Of a DNA stretch of 64,000 nt, positions 50,801-64,000 are shown piece by piece. Location of the stretch: contig NC_068987.1 in assembly GCF_001194135.2 (NCBI RefSeq), forward strand, positions 8,621,409-8,685,408. The letters are read 5' to 3'. Position numbers and translations under genes: made by a program. Source of the stretch: Octopus bimaculoides. Taxonomy: Eukaryota. A model generated the notes under the pieces. That model searched no databases. It was not told the origin of the DNA and saw only the letters and a list, made by a program, of their open reading frames with translations. Numbering within the stretch: the stretch's first letter is position 1; every line of letters begins with the position of its first letter.

Positions 50801-53800
50801 GTGGTGTGACTGTATACTTTTAGAACGACATTGTAGGGTAAGTATAAGGGGCCAGATTTGGACAGTTTGAGCATAAAACAGATAGAATATTTGGATTGGA
50901 TATGGCTGGTTTAAATACTAAGTGGTTAATCTAATGTCTCACCAGCATTGTGTTGAATTGTTATGAAAAATAAGAGTCACCTCTCAATAGCTCAACTAAT
51001 GAAACAAAACATTAATAACACAGAGGATGACACATCACTACTGAAGTCAAATGACAAAAATGTTTAAATAACAAAGGTTTTTATTAGAGTGCATTAATGA
51101 GCTCACAATTTTGCCATAGGCAAAAGCTTTCAAGAAATTCATGTTTTTCTCAAGCAAGATGTTTTTCAACTATTTAATGCCATAAAATTATAGAAAATAT
51201 CAGCATATTTCACATATGTCACAAATAATCATTTAGAAATTAATAATATACATAAAAAAAAAACACAAGTAAAAATTCGTTTCAAATTTAGGTTGTATCA
51301 ACAATTTCTACCCAACATCCTAAATGTTGCCTACTTTATGTATTAAACAACTTATACAAATAAACTGAATGCCTCTTTGTTCTATAATCCTTTAATCAAA
51401 CTGTTTTCCAGGTCAAATCAGATTGTAAACATTGTGATTAACATGACCTTCATGTATAATAAATAAACTAGTTTCTTTTGATGAGAGCACAAGGCCTATT
51501 TAAATAGAAAGTAGTATACTCAACCGAATTGACTCTAGTATGTTATTGACTGTTATTTGATCAACACCAGCAATATTTGAACTCACAATAAAGAGGAGAA
51601 ATTTAATTTACAAAAACTGAAAAGCAAGGTGATCCATTGTTTAAATCAGGGGGAAAGAACCCCTTGTTTCTACGTAAAATTTTGACCACATTCAAATGTT
51701 AAACCAACTCTTGACAAAGCTCTCTAAAAATCCATATGGTAAAAAATTAGTTTAAATCTTAAAACCCAAACAACAATTTAATATAGTTGCTTTCAAGACC
51801 TCTTAAAACATAAACAAATTTCCTTAAGTTCTTTCATCTGAAATACACTGCCTGTTTCAATTAATTTTGAAAATAATGAAAAATTTAGTAAAATAAATTA
51901 TTAAGATAGTGTTTGGAACATAATTTAACATGAAATTTTGATAGAAGGTTTTAATTTCAAACAGTTTTAAAACAGAGATTATATAATGAGGGGAAATCTT
52001 GAGTAAGTTGTATCAAAAGGGTTAAGTTATAATGCATGCTTTATATTAATTGAGAATCAAAATACTTATGGTGTATCATATTCTTATTGCAAATTAGCAT
52101 TTAATATTTGTTTTCCTTCCAGCACTCATTTCCAAAAATCTATTTGAAGACATTTACTGTCAGACCATACATTTGTTATTGGTGACAAATAGACAGATGA
52201 TAAGACAGATGTATTGTTATAAATTATATGGAAACCTACATAATGAACATAGAAACATGACAAATTTACCTATATCTCTGAGCAATATTTAGTTTCTTTG
52301 CTTATTTATATTGAAGGTTTTAAAATAAATTTTGTAAAATGCAACACAATAACCTCTTCTGAACTGACTAATTTTCTTAAAAGAAAGGAGTTACTAAGTA
52401 AGTGCTTTGGTCATTATAAATTGGATACATGGTGTATATGCATGTCACACTTGTGAAGATTTTGGTTGTAGTTCATAAAAAATCCAACCTTGAAAGTTAT
52501 TATTTAACTAAGCATATAAAATAACAACACATGAAAGGAATGCTCCATTTAGATGAGTCAGCATTTTAAAAAGAATTTTCATGCAATCAAATTTCAAAAG
52601 ATATTCAAGAAACTACTTCCATAATGCAAGCAAGTTATATCCTCTGGCAAGTTATGAAGTGTATGAGCTAATTGCAAAAAAATTGAAATCACACATGAAA
52701 GGTGAGTTAAAGAGCTAACAGTTACTGCGATACAAATTTTCAATTCTAGCAATATTAGCTTGCCTGAAAATATTAGTTTATGATTGGAGGACAGTTGCTG
52801 ACCATAAAAAAGACAAGACGGCATACAATAATATTTAAGTATTCTTGAAAGAAACTTTTTCAGAATTTCTATTTTATGCAATAGCAGTACATGAAACAAC
52901 CAAATGTTGTGTATGTAGGACAATTGGCTTATTTTTATGTGGAATAATGCCAGACTTTATAATACAAGAAGCTTTACTTATTGAAACACAGAACTACAAG
53001 AGCTGGAGACGTTTTTTCTGAGTCAGATTAAAAGTAAATCATTTTAAATTACTCTATCAAAAGCTTAGTGGTATAATTACATACAGAGTAATGATAGGAT
53101 CTCAAAAAAATAATTTAATTTAATCAAGAAATTATTAAAGAATCCTCAACTAGATTCTAATATCTTAATAGTGCTTTGTTGATAAACAAAATTTATGAGC
53201 ACATTCTCTAAGAATGAAGAATGCTGTAAAAGTAGAAGCAAAATAAATTCATAAGATATCAGGCATTGGACAACAGAATTTATAGAAACTTTGAGGGATC
53301 CAAGAGTGGAAGGGGAAACAAAACTGAATACCAAAAGCTGGAATTATTACTCAATATACTAAAAACAAGGACAAAAACAGTTGCTTTGGACACAGTAAAA
53401 AAATAAAGGTTCTCGCTGTCCTAAGATTTGTATGTTCATTCCAGGTAATATGACTGAGCTAAATAAGAGAAACAGTGACGGATGGAGAACCAATAGATGG
53501 ATGAAGGAAACAAGAATAATCATGATAGACCAAAGTGACAAGTACTGATAGAGTTGAAGAAACTGGATGGGTGGGGGGAAACAAGATATAATGTATACAT
53601 AAACAGTAAAGAAGCTAAGCAAAGGAGATTTAGCATTGCTTTAAGGATGAGAGGAAGACCATTTTTGAATTTCAAGTTTGTGTGTTATTAAAGAGGAAAG
53701 AATCCAGAATGACATCTCTGTGCTTTTCTTCAGTAATAGGTAAAGATTGATGAAAATATAATAGAGGAATCTGCAGAATGAGGAATCAGTCAGAAACTAC

Positions 53801-54309
53801 CAAGGGTGGAGCTGACAAAAGAGAGCCCAACTACTTAAATTTCAGTACATAAAATTATTAATAAGGTATGGCTGTGTGTTTATGAAGCTCACTTTGGAAC
53901 CATGTGGCGTCAGGTTCGGTTCCACTGTGCAACACCTTTGGCAAGTGTCTTTTACTATAGCCCCGAGCTGACCAATGCCTTGTGAGTAAATTAGGTAGAG
54001 GAGACTATGTGGAAGCCCATCATATATATATATATATTACGTGTGTGTGTGTATGTGTGTGCACATATGTGTGTTTGTGTTTCCTCTCCCCATCACTTGA
54101 CAATTGGTGTTGGTTTGTTTACATCCTCATAGCCTAGTGATTCAGCAACAGAGCCCAGTAGAATAAGTACAAGACTTCTTTTTTAAAAAAAAGTACTGGG
54201 TCAATCAGCTTGATGAAAATCCTTCAATGCGGTGCTCCAGCATGGTCACAGTCTAATGACTGAAACAAGTAAAAAAATAAAAGATAAGATGAAGACAAGG
54301 AAAGTATTC

Positions 54310-54448
54310 GTACATTATTTACATTTGATGGATATTTGTCCTCATCTTTTTTGGTAACACAACGTTTCGGCTGATATACCCTCCAGCCTTCATCAGGTGT
54401 CTCGGGGAAATTTCGAATCTGAGTTCTCATTCCTAAGGTATTTTCTGA

Positions 54449-54483
<35 letters not shown>

Positions 54484-54559
54484 TCACTGCTTGGAATCGA
54501 ACTCGGAATCTTGGGGTTAGTAGCCCGCGCTCTTAACCACTACGCCATATGCCTGTGGG
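54310..54559 (-). mobile_element. composite SINE-like element: tRNA-like head + (AAT)n + hammerhead-containing tail
   Basis: Minus strand ggcataTGGCGTAGTGGttaagagcgcgggctactaaccccaagattccGAGTTCGATTCCaagcagtgacc (A and B boxes), then (AAT)n, then the ribozyme at 54356-54401 and a tail shared with the 30.1-kb copy. Confidence 0.85.
54356..54401 (-). ncRNA. minimal type I hammerhead ribozyme motif, core intact
   Basis: GACAC CUGAUGA A GGCUGG AGGGUAUA UCAGCC GAA ACGU U / GUGUU. Stem I is GACAC:GUGUU, stem II is GGCUGG:UCAGCC, and stem III is the palindromic ACGU. Predicted cleavage follows GUU (between 54361 and 54360). Confidence 0.8.
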
Positions 54560-55191
54560 TAATTATGCATTGGAAAGTATTGCTTGAAAGAAGTAGATTA
54601 TGTAGTAAACTCTTTCAGAATGAGAGGAAGGTGTTATTGCCTTATGGCTGTCTGACATAGTAGTACCATAATCAACAGTGACAATGACGAAGATATATTA
54701 GAGAAATAATTACAGTTTGGGTTTCTGCAAAGGCTTTCTCTCATCATGTAAAAATCAAGAAGCATGTTTGAAGAATGTGATGCTGTGTAGCAGAAAGTTT
54801 TTGTCATTTAAAGTAGATCAGCAGAAGCTGGAGTGAAATGAGCCAGGTATGATCGTTTGGATGTGTAATTTAAGTATGTGTAAAAGCCAGGGCAGAAACG
54901 AAGTGAGAGAAACAGCTGGCTGTGAAATGTAGTGAACGATGAATGCAGGAGAGGATGGCCATGCTGGTATGGACATAAAACATAAATGAACAACACATGA
55001 TGGGTGCAAAGTGTTGTGTGCTGCCAGTGAAAAGTATTAGTGAAAGAAGACCAAGGAGGATGTGGGGAAGAAAAGAAATGGAGAGGTCAGATCTTAGAAT
55101 GCAATGCCTTACAGACAAGGTAACAAATGATCAAGACACATAAGCAATATACTGAACAGCAAATCCATCTAATCAAAGCCAACAAATGAGG

Positions 55192-55229
<38 letters not shown>

Positions 55230-55602
55230 AACTATTTAAATTGTTGATGATAATATATAGATTAAAATTATTTAAGTGTTTTTTAAATATCTATTTTAAA
55301 ATAATAATTAAATGGAGGGAATAAATGAAATTGAAAAATAGCTTCTTTTTTTGTTGTTTCTGGAATCATCAAATTTAAAAAAATTCTTTCAAATTAAAAA
55401 ATAAATCAATTAATAAATATGTAGACTATATCTACATTTAGATACAAACAAACAGATTAGTAAATTAAATGGATTAATGGCTGACGTGAAGAGCAGGCAG
55501 CAAGATTAAAAAGAACAAGAATTTGATTAAATAGGATAGTGAGAGGAGGATGAGGAGGAAGAGGAAGTGGAGGAGGATGAGGAGGAAGACGTTATTTCTT
55601 AC

Positions 55603-55665
55603 GTTTTTTCTTAAGTCTATCTAAGGTACGCTCTCGTTCTAGAGGGCGGTTATTGCTGACGTCCC
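55603..55665 (-). CDS. PPFIBP1: liprin-beta exon, 63 nt, phase 1/1
   Basis: ttgtttgttatttgttttgtttcag|GGGACGTC...AAAAAAC|gtaaga. Encodes DVSNNRPLERERTLDRLKKK and joins in frame to (Q)SEIEKLKK, cf. recalled human DRDENFKKKLKEKNIEVQKMKK. Confidence 0.8.
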
Positions 55666-58600
55666 CTGAAACAAAACAAATAACAAACAAGTGAAATTCA
55701 CTCTAAAACAAGATTAAACAGAATGGGGGGAAGAAAAAAAACACTTATACACTTATAAGAGAAATAAAGTATAAATAAAGAGTTCTTTTTCTGTTAAAAA
55801 GAAGACTTTTCTTGAAAGTTACCAATAATTTCCTTATATATAATGAAAGATAGCATTTTTTTTAACATGACAAGATAAAAATTTGGCAGAGAAAACACCG
55901 GATAAGGTGTTTCAAGATTATCTTCATACAATGTTCACTAGCATTTTGGAAAATATTACATAATATCTCCCACCACCCATCTCTCTTGCACAGACAGAGT
56001 TATTATTACTATAATACGCTTGATGTAAGTATATGCATATAAAATGATATATAATATTTTTAAATATACAGAAATGAAGAAAAAAACAATACAATGACAC
56101 TTATTGGTTAAAATTGTTAGTTGATTTCATATCAGTAGTATTCTTCTACAAAATATAGTTTTACCATAACCAAAATAGTAAATGTGTTATGCCACCATGA
56201 GGGGGCACTTATGATCATCCTATCAATAACATTGTTTCCATACAAAACCAATGTCATAACTAAATGGTATGTCCTGTTGCCATGTTTAGATAATTTCTGT
56301 GTTTTTAAAGCTACATGCATGAGGTGGGGGAGAGGCCCATGCATAAATGTAATGCATGTGGCTAAATGATTAGGGTTTTCGGATCATCATAAGATCATGA
56401 GTTGAGCAAGACACTTTATTTCATGTCACTCCAGTCCACTCGGCTGGCAAAAAATGAGTTGTCCCTTTATATGAAAAGGACAGCCTTGTCACATTCTGTG
56501 TAACAGGGAGTTTCTCCGAGAATTACATGAAGGGTATGTGTGTCTACAAAGTGATCAGCCACTTGCATGTTAATTTCACAAACAGAATGATCCATTGATC
56601 GGATCCACTGGAACCTTTGTCATCATGACTGACAGAGTGCTCTAGTATAGGTTAAGAAATTCATTTGACAACCAAGTGATTTCAGTTCCTTTCCTATTGC
56701 CTGGTACTTTGAGCAAGTATCTTTGGGCTTCAGGGAGGCAAAGTGGCTGAGTTCCTTTTGAGTGTTGGGCCTCACGGAGGCAATGACTGAGACATTTGGC
56801 CATTATGTTGTGCTTGAGAAGAAGACCCACCAAGCTGAGCAAAATTGCAGTTGCTGCAGATACCGGTCTCACACAAATGGCACAACAATGTATACTGACC
56901 ACACCTTCCCACTATTCTATTGAATCTATTATGATCCCTAGGTCTCATAAGGCCAGAGTTTACCCCTTTAGCATTTAAACTGGTCATATTAGGCCCAAAT
57001 ATTCTACCTGTTTTATGTTAAATCTGGCCAGATCAAGCCTCTCACGCCTTCTCTACAATATCATTCTAAAAAATAAATGCATCATCAAAAATCTCAAAGT
57101 TACAAAATAATGCATGATTAATTCACAACAATATGAATAAAAAAGCATTACATTTAACAGAGTAATCTGAATGCCAAAGGGTATATAAACCTGGTTTCCA
57201 TGGTGTATAAGCGACTGAGATTACAACACTCCCTCCTGAATAGGATGCCAGTCCATTGCAGGGTTAACTTCCCGGCTGTGGCTGGAACCCATTACCAGCT
57301 GAGTGGACTGGAGCAACATGAAATGAAGTGTTTTGCTTAAGAGCACATCACAATGCCTGGCCTGGGAATCAAAACCACAGTCTTACATGAGTGCAACATC
57401 GTAGTCACTAATCTGCACCCCACCTCTCTCACTCACACTTCACTTTCTTCATTATATTTGCACTAAAATGAATGTGAAAATGAAAGTAACATGACTAGTC
57501 TAGTAAGAGCCGTCATCTAAATAAACACACGCATACACATTCTGTCTGTCTGTCTCTCTTTCCTTCCCTCTTTTGGTTCCTCCTCAGAAAACTCTATCAT
57601 TATGAATCATCACCTGTGAATACTCTATGATATTTATAAATTGTACGGTATCTAAAAGCAACCTTAATTTTACTGATTGGTTGCTGTTTTAAGTTTATCT
57701 TATCTGACTTTTAGTGATGTCTCCTATAAAATTTTAAATAGTATTGATTTGTCACTAAATTATAAATAATGTATTTGCGTGAAGATGTGAGTTATTTATG
57801 TCACTGAATGTATGTGTACAAACATATATAGACACACATGATGATATTTCAACTTCACTCATCACAGATTTTAAAGAAAAATAAGTAGATTATTAGCATT
57901 TCACTCAATTTTTATTTTATCATTGTATAAATAAACCATTGAAGGAAATGTCTTTGGCAATTTAATTCACTGAAGTCAAAACCTAAAAATAAAACTACTT
58001 CTTCAATAGAAAATATATACATTAAAGCAAAAAGATATGAATTGACATCAATTACAAATGACTATGAATGTCTTCAGTAAAATCTGTTTTAACTCTCTTA
58101 AATTCAGTGTGTCTACAGTGAGCGACACAGAAATGAGTACCAGTTCAATTTTGGAATGTTACCTGTATTTGATCCACCACAAGGTCCTGTCCTTGTTGTG
58201 GTGTAGTGAATTGTTTGTCTCAATGACATTGGGAGCTATGCCAGCAGAGTGCAAGCTCTTGGTATGGCCTCCCATGTTGGACAGGTCTGAGGATAGAGGC
58301 CAAACATGGACCACCTCTTCCCAGAAGTAAAAAATGGGTCAGCGATAAATGATAAATGATGAATTTCTTTATGAAGACAAAAGAATCTTTTCTACTCAAG
58401 GCACAAGACCCAAACTTTTTGAGGATGGGTCCAGTCAATTAGATCGACCAGTATGCAACTGGTACTTAATTTATCGAACCTGAAAGGATGAAAGGCAAAG
58501 TTGACCTCAGTAGAATTTGAACTCAGAATGTATTCGCCCGGCATGCTGACGTTTCTGCCAGCTTTATGAAGACAAAAGAATACAGATTGAATGAGCTGTA

Positions 58601-61182
58601 ACTGTTTACTTTTTACTTCAGTCATTGGACTGCAGCCATGCAGGGGCACCACCTTGATAGATTTAGTCAAACTTAATCCACACCAGTGCTTATTTTTTTA
58701 CGTCTGGTACTTCTATAGTCTATTGCTGAACTAACTTATGAGGATGTAAACAAACCAACACCAGTTGACAAGTGATAGTGGCTTATAGCAGATAAGCATA
58801 CACACATGTAAATATATGTTTCTATCAGCTTGATAAATGGCAAAATAAATTTAATATTTTGACCAGGAAAGCCTGGCTAGCTCCATTTCACAAGGCTTTT
58901 TGTGGTTTTTAATTATAATTTTTTTCTACTACAAGCACAAGGCCTGAGATCTAAGGGGAGGGGTTTAGTTGATTGACCCCCCCCCCCACTCACCTCGTAG
59001 TTATTTCATCTACTCCAAAAGGATGAAAGGAAAACCTTTGTGGAATTTGAACTCAAAATGTAAAGTTGGATGAAAAGTTATTAAGCATTTTGTCCAGCAT
59101 GCTAAGAATTCTGCCAACTCACTGCTACACACACACACACACACACATTTTCATCTACCAAATTCATCCCCAAGGTAGTAGTTGACCTGGGGCAATAGCA
59201 AAAGAAACTTGCCCAAGGTGCCACACAGTGAGATTGAACCTAAAACCATGTGATTACAAAGTGAGCTTCCTAACTATACAGCCATGCTTTTTCTTTTCTT
59301 TTTTATTCTTTTTTAAACATCATCCCAGGGAGTTATAAACTGGAACTATTCAGGCTGGATACTTAACTTCAGTCAAGCATTATTTCAATGACAGGAAATA
59401 TATTTTATAGACAGCAGACACAGAAAAGAGCAACAACTAACCGTCTTTGCTTGTCAATGCATATGATGATGCTTATAATGGTTAACAACATTTTATGCTT
59501 GCCTTAGCCATTAATTCATTCATGATGCATATTTTGAATATTGCAAATTAAAAGCCTTTATGTTCTCCTCATTAATTTTTAATATGTAAGTTTTAGATTT
59601 TATATTCAAATTTCAGATTCAAATTTTGAGATTCAAAATAAATAACCGAATAGATAAACCAAATAATTCTATACACCTGCATTGATGGATAACATTTAAG
59701 AAGTAAATATATATTTATATGTACAAAACTTGGGTGTGATCTATCTACAGATTAAAGTTTTCAGTTTTTATGCACCTGACATACGATAAATTCATTAAAA
59801 AAAGTGCAATGAAACTAACATAATCTGCAAAAGGATAAAACACCAAGAAATCTAAAATGCTTTGAAGTAAGAAAATTCAGACACACTTCAACAATCAGAT
59901 ATTATTTATCAGGTATATAATCTACAGAGTGTGGAGGCAAACTGGCTGGATGGATAAGGTACTGGGCTATCAGCTCTTGTGCTCCAAAATCATATCTACT
60001 GCAGGTATTTTTGACATGTTTCCAGGTAAATTACTTAATGCTACACCTTCATCAGTTCGGTATGAGGAATAGTTACAAACCTGAGAATACTAGACTATCC
60101 ATTCTTATCCTCTCTTAGCTCTATGAAACCTGGAGCTAAAAACTATTTACACTCACACACACACAAACAGGAAATTGGAAAAACCTTTGCTATAATTTAT
60201 TCACCATTACACATGTTTCATTTGCTAATAGGAGTTACGAAATTGTATTTGCTTTCTACTACATGTACAATTTTACCCGTTTCAGTCATTGGACTGTGGC
60301 CATGCTGGGGCACCACCTTGTAGGGGTTTTAGTCAAATGAATTGACCCCAGGACTTTTTTTTTTAAAGTCTCCTACTTATTCTATTGGTCTCTTTTGCTG
60401 AATCACTAAATTACGGGGATATACACAAACCAACGATGGTTGTCGAGTGGCGGTGACACACACACAGAAAAAATAGGCTACTTTCAGTTTCGGTCTACCA
60501 AACCCCCTCACAAGCCTTTGATTGGCCCAGGGCTATAAGTAGAAGACACTTGTCCAAGGTTCCATGCAGTGGGGCTGAACTTGGACCCATATAGTTGGAA
60601 AACAAGCTTCTTACCAGAAAGCCACACCTGTGCTTGTTATAACCTCTCACATAGCCCATCTAAAGAGTTAAAAAGTATTCTTTACTTCCCGAAAATTTAA
60701 AAGGACATTTCAATTTATTATGGTTCTGAATATCAATTTTTTTTTAATTAAAAAATGACTGAGGATTAAGTTTTGGAATAAGCACCCAAAACAGTCACAA
60801 CTTTATCTATTTATTTATTTTTGCAAATTCTGAAAAATATAAAGAGAATACAAATTAGCAAGGCATAATCAAATAGAATTGCAAAAAGGTTTTTTTTTTC
60901 TTTTTGCAAAATTGTAATCTGTTAAAAATGATCTTTCATTTTAATTACAACCAGCAGAGCTTCTTGGCGATGACAAAGAATTGTAGCAAAACCATATGAG
61001 CCAGATAAGTACGGTTTAAAGGAAATTTGACTGGCTACGATATAATGGTCTCTTCTGTTAGTGCACATATACATACAGAAGAGAGGTAGTTGTGATTTAA
61101 GGCAGATTTAGTTGCTGTTTCTAATCAGTTGAAGTACCACATAGAGGTCTTACATGTTGGTTCATACTGAAGTATATATATG

Positions 61183-61232
<50 letters not shown>

Positions 61233-64000
61233 ATCAACTAAAACAGAACATTGCAGTTAAAGAAGATTCAGCTGCTATTTGTAACAAGTCTAGCTACATA
61301 ATAACAGTCTTGCTCGTTGGTTCACACATAAATACACACACAAGCCAGTAGGTTGATGTCTGGAGAAAAGTTGGCTGCCTGTTGATCAGTACACCAAGTG
61401 CAGTTCAGGCATTACATTATTAATTAAAAGGAGACTTCTGTTAGTATGACGCCATTTTTAAGATCTTCAGAGCATAGACATGCATCATTTATTGTTGCTA
61501 TTTATGTAATTTCATATTTAAGGGGTTCAGTAATTGGAACCAGAGTTGCTAATCCAGGTTGTATCGTTTACCGGTTTCAGTCATTGGACTGCGGCCATAC
61601 TGGGGCATTGCTTTGAAGTGTTTTCTCAAACAAATCAATCCCAGTACTTACTTTCAAGTCTGGTATTTATTCTATTGGTCTCTTTAGCCAAACTGTTAAG
61701 TTTTAGGGAACATAAACAAAGCAACAGCATTTATCAAGCATTGGTGGTAGTGGGAGACAAACGCAAACACATGAGGGGCTTCTACACAGTTTCCATCAGC
61801 CAAATTCACTTACAAGGCATTGGCTGCTATAATAATAGAAGACATTTTCCCAAGGTGTTATGCAGTGGAAGTTAACCCGAAACATTGTTGCAAAGTGAGT
61901 TTCTTAACTACACAGCCATGAAAATTTCTTTCAGTTTTACTGGTTTATTGTTTTGGATGTTTAACCTCGTTCTGTCATGTATGTATATGTGCAGAAAATA
62001 AGATAGTTTTCAGTAAACAACTTTGAATATACTGAATAACACTGATTGTGTAATGTTGACCTTACAATATATGCACTTCTGTTTTTTGTTTCACTTAAGA
62101 AAAGCGAGCTGTTTCAATGTGTTTTTACAGCGATTATAATAATCTAAATTAAATCCTTTTTCCCATATATTGTGTGCATACACAAAAGATTTCTTTTTAC
62201 CAGTATTTTATTGCTCATAGTTAAGTCTACACATTAAACATGAGTGCATATTACACTCAAATAAAAATATGGCAATTATTACTGTTACAGTTATCTGACC
62301 TTCTTTCTCAATGTTTGAGAATTGTGAATTAAATGAAGCAAAAAAAAGCAAATTAATTTGATTATAAAATTTCTCAAGATGAAGCAGAGTGGATGTGTAT
62401 TTTTAGATGATGAATTGACCTCTTAACATAGCATCAAACAGTGAATTAAATAGACATATAAACTTCACTCTACTTTTTTTTTAGTAAATCAAGATTAGCA
62501 GCTTGTCAATAAAGATAAATAAATTGAAACTTCACATATAATTGTAACTATGAGAAATGAATCGATCATTTTAGTTTCTTAGTATTTACAATAATATCAG
62601 AAATAAAAAGTAGTTACATATATATTATTTTTTTTTCATCAAAGTCTGTAAACCAAGTGAATCATGATAAAATAAATCTTATCAATGTTTCATGCTTGGG
62701 TTCACAATGGGTTGGCTTCAAAGTTTTCTTCTGATTCACCTACATAAAACTGCCTTAGTTTTCTTCTAATGTTATCAGCAACTATTTCACTATTATCATC
62801 TGTGGGTTCCTACTATATCTACTAGCAATTTCCATTTATTTCAGACTCTCTCTCTCTCTCTCTCTCACATACACACACACAAAATAAATAAAATTTCACA
62901 TATAAGATTCTTTCAAAATTAGCCCTATCATGCTTATTTCAACTGTTGCCTCTTTATTCCCTACATAGAATTCCCTATTGCACAAATCACTGAACATTTT
63001 AAAGATAAAGTCATGTTTGGTATAATAACAAAAAAGGTGAAACAGTTTCCCCAAAGTAATGGCTAAGTGAATCAATTGGAACACAAGGCCGAGTTTCCTG
63101 GTATCTCTGGACACATAAAGGTTTGCGTTTGCAATTTGGATGTAGATGAATAAAAGCTGGATTTGATTGAAAAACCAAGAACTGAATTTAGCAAAACTTT
63201 ATATTCAGTCACACATTTTCTGTTAAAAGCATTAATGGAACATTTAGCTGCCAAAATTTGTATGTGCTATGGTAATGCAGTAAATCCACCTGTGTCTGGG
63301 TATATTCTGCAACAAACATATATCAATAACAAGGACTCGATTTACCTGTGTGATAATTGTTTTTAACATAAACACACAGTCATATATTCGATAGAAGAGA
63401 ATCAGTGGATCAAATGAATTTCAGTAGTTGACTGGTACTTTATTTCATCAATCCTTTGAAAGATGACTGACTAAGTTGACCTTGGAGAAATTTCAACTCT
63501 GAATACACAAATGTACAGAGCCAAAACAAGTAATGCCAGGCATTTTGCCCAATGTTCTAACTATTCTTCCAGTCCACCATCCTAATTTATCCTTGTGTTA
63601 AAACTATAGAGACCATTCACAGATGATGCTGACAGTATTTGCGAAGTAAAATGATACAACAGGTAACACCTTTAAAAGATTATCTCTTTAGCATTCAGAT
63701 TTTTCTGTCAAATGTAGCACTTATTCATTCATGTTGTTTTGAATTGATCATACATTATCTTCTAGCTTTGAGATTTCAATGATGTGATTGTTTATTTTTG
63801 AAATGACAGTGTAGGGTAGGTATGAGAAGGCAGATCTGGCTGTTTTTAACACAAAACAATAAGAATATTTGAGCTGGACATGGCCAGTTTAAATGCTAAA
63901 GGGTTAAAATGTTTTATGTAGGGACAGATGTCAAGAATTAAAAAAAATATCTCTTTTTCTTCTTTTTTTTTGTGAAAAGGAGATATACAGATAATACTTC

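Noticed and set aside
54484-54553. tRNA gene (also SINE heads at 3975-4047 and 45279-45350)
   Set aside because: A and B boxes are present, but the acceptor stem does not close and the heads are fused to repeated bodies, so they are SINE heads.
62740-62799. Phase 1/1 candidate upstream exon (DNSEIVADNIRRKLRQFYV)
   Set aside because: The acceptor lacks a pyrimidine tract and the peptide does not resemble the expected heptad region. Not excluded, but unsupported.

Overview
AT-rich, repeat-dense eukaryotic genomic DNA with three N gaps. The SINE, RTE and MITE repertoire and the microsatellite load suggest an octopus or other coleoid cephalopod genome; this is an inference from recalled repeat families. 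The only host gene I can support is a liprin-beta (PPFIBP1/2 ortholog) on the minus strand. Six in-frame, phase-compatible GT-AG exons (55603-55665, 36882-36943, 10828-10912, 7171-7277, 6580-6634, 4885-5036) encode the end of the N-terminal coiled coil (..LKKAVDSLMLANEEK|DRRLEDYGKLLRRYKK..) and the Ser/Thr-rich linker. A 21-nt microexon may follow at 3276-3296. The start codon and SAM domains are not seen in the window. The introns (about 19 and 26 kb for the two largest) hold three tRNA-derived SINE families, RTE and CR1/L2 LINE fragments, a Helitron helicase 3' end, a Tigger/pogo transposase relic, and piggyBac-, hAT- and Tigger-type MITEs. The most striking non-routine signal is a short composite element of tRNA-like Pol III head + (AAT)n + minimal hammerhead ribozyme. 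It occurs twice, in the pre-mRNA sense orientation. The copy at 54310-54559 has an intact catalytic core. The copy at 30097-30403 is decayed and has a Penelope-like inverted tail. A second, unrelated hammerhead relic lies at 23375-23412, and a perfect 106-bp inverted repeat at 29191-29710. Nearly all ORFs in the supplied track are artefacts of repeats, microsatellites or N gaps.
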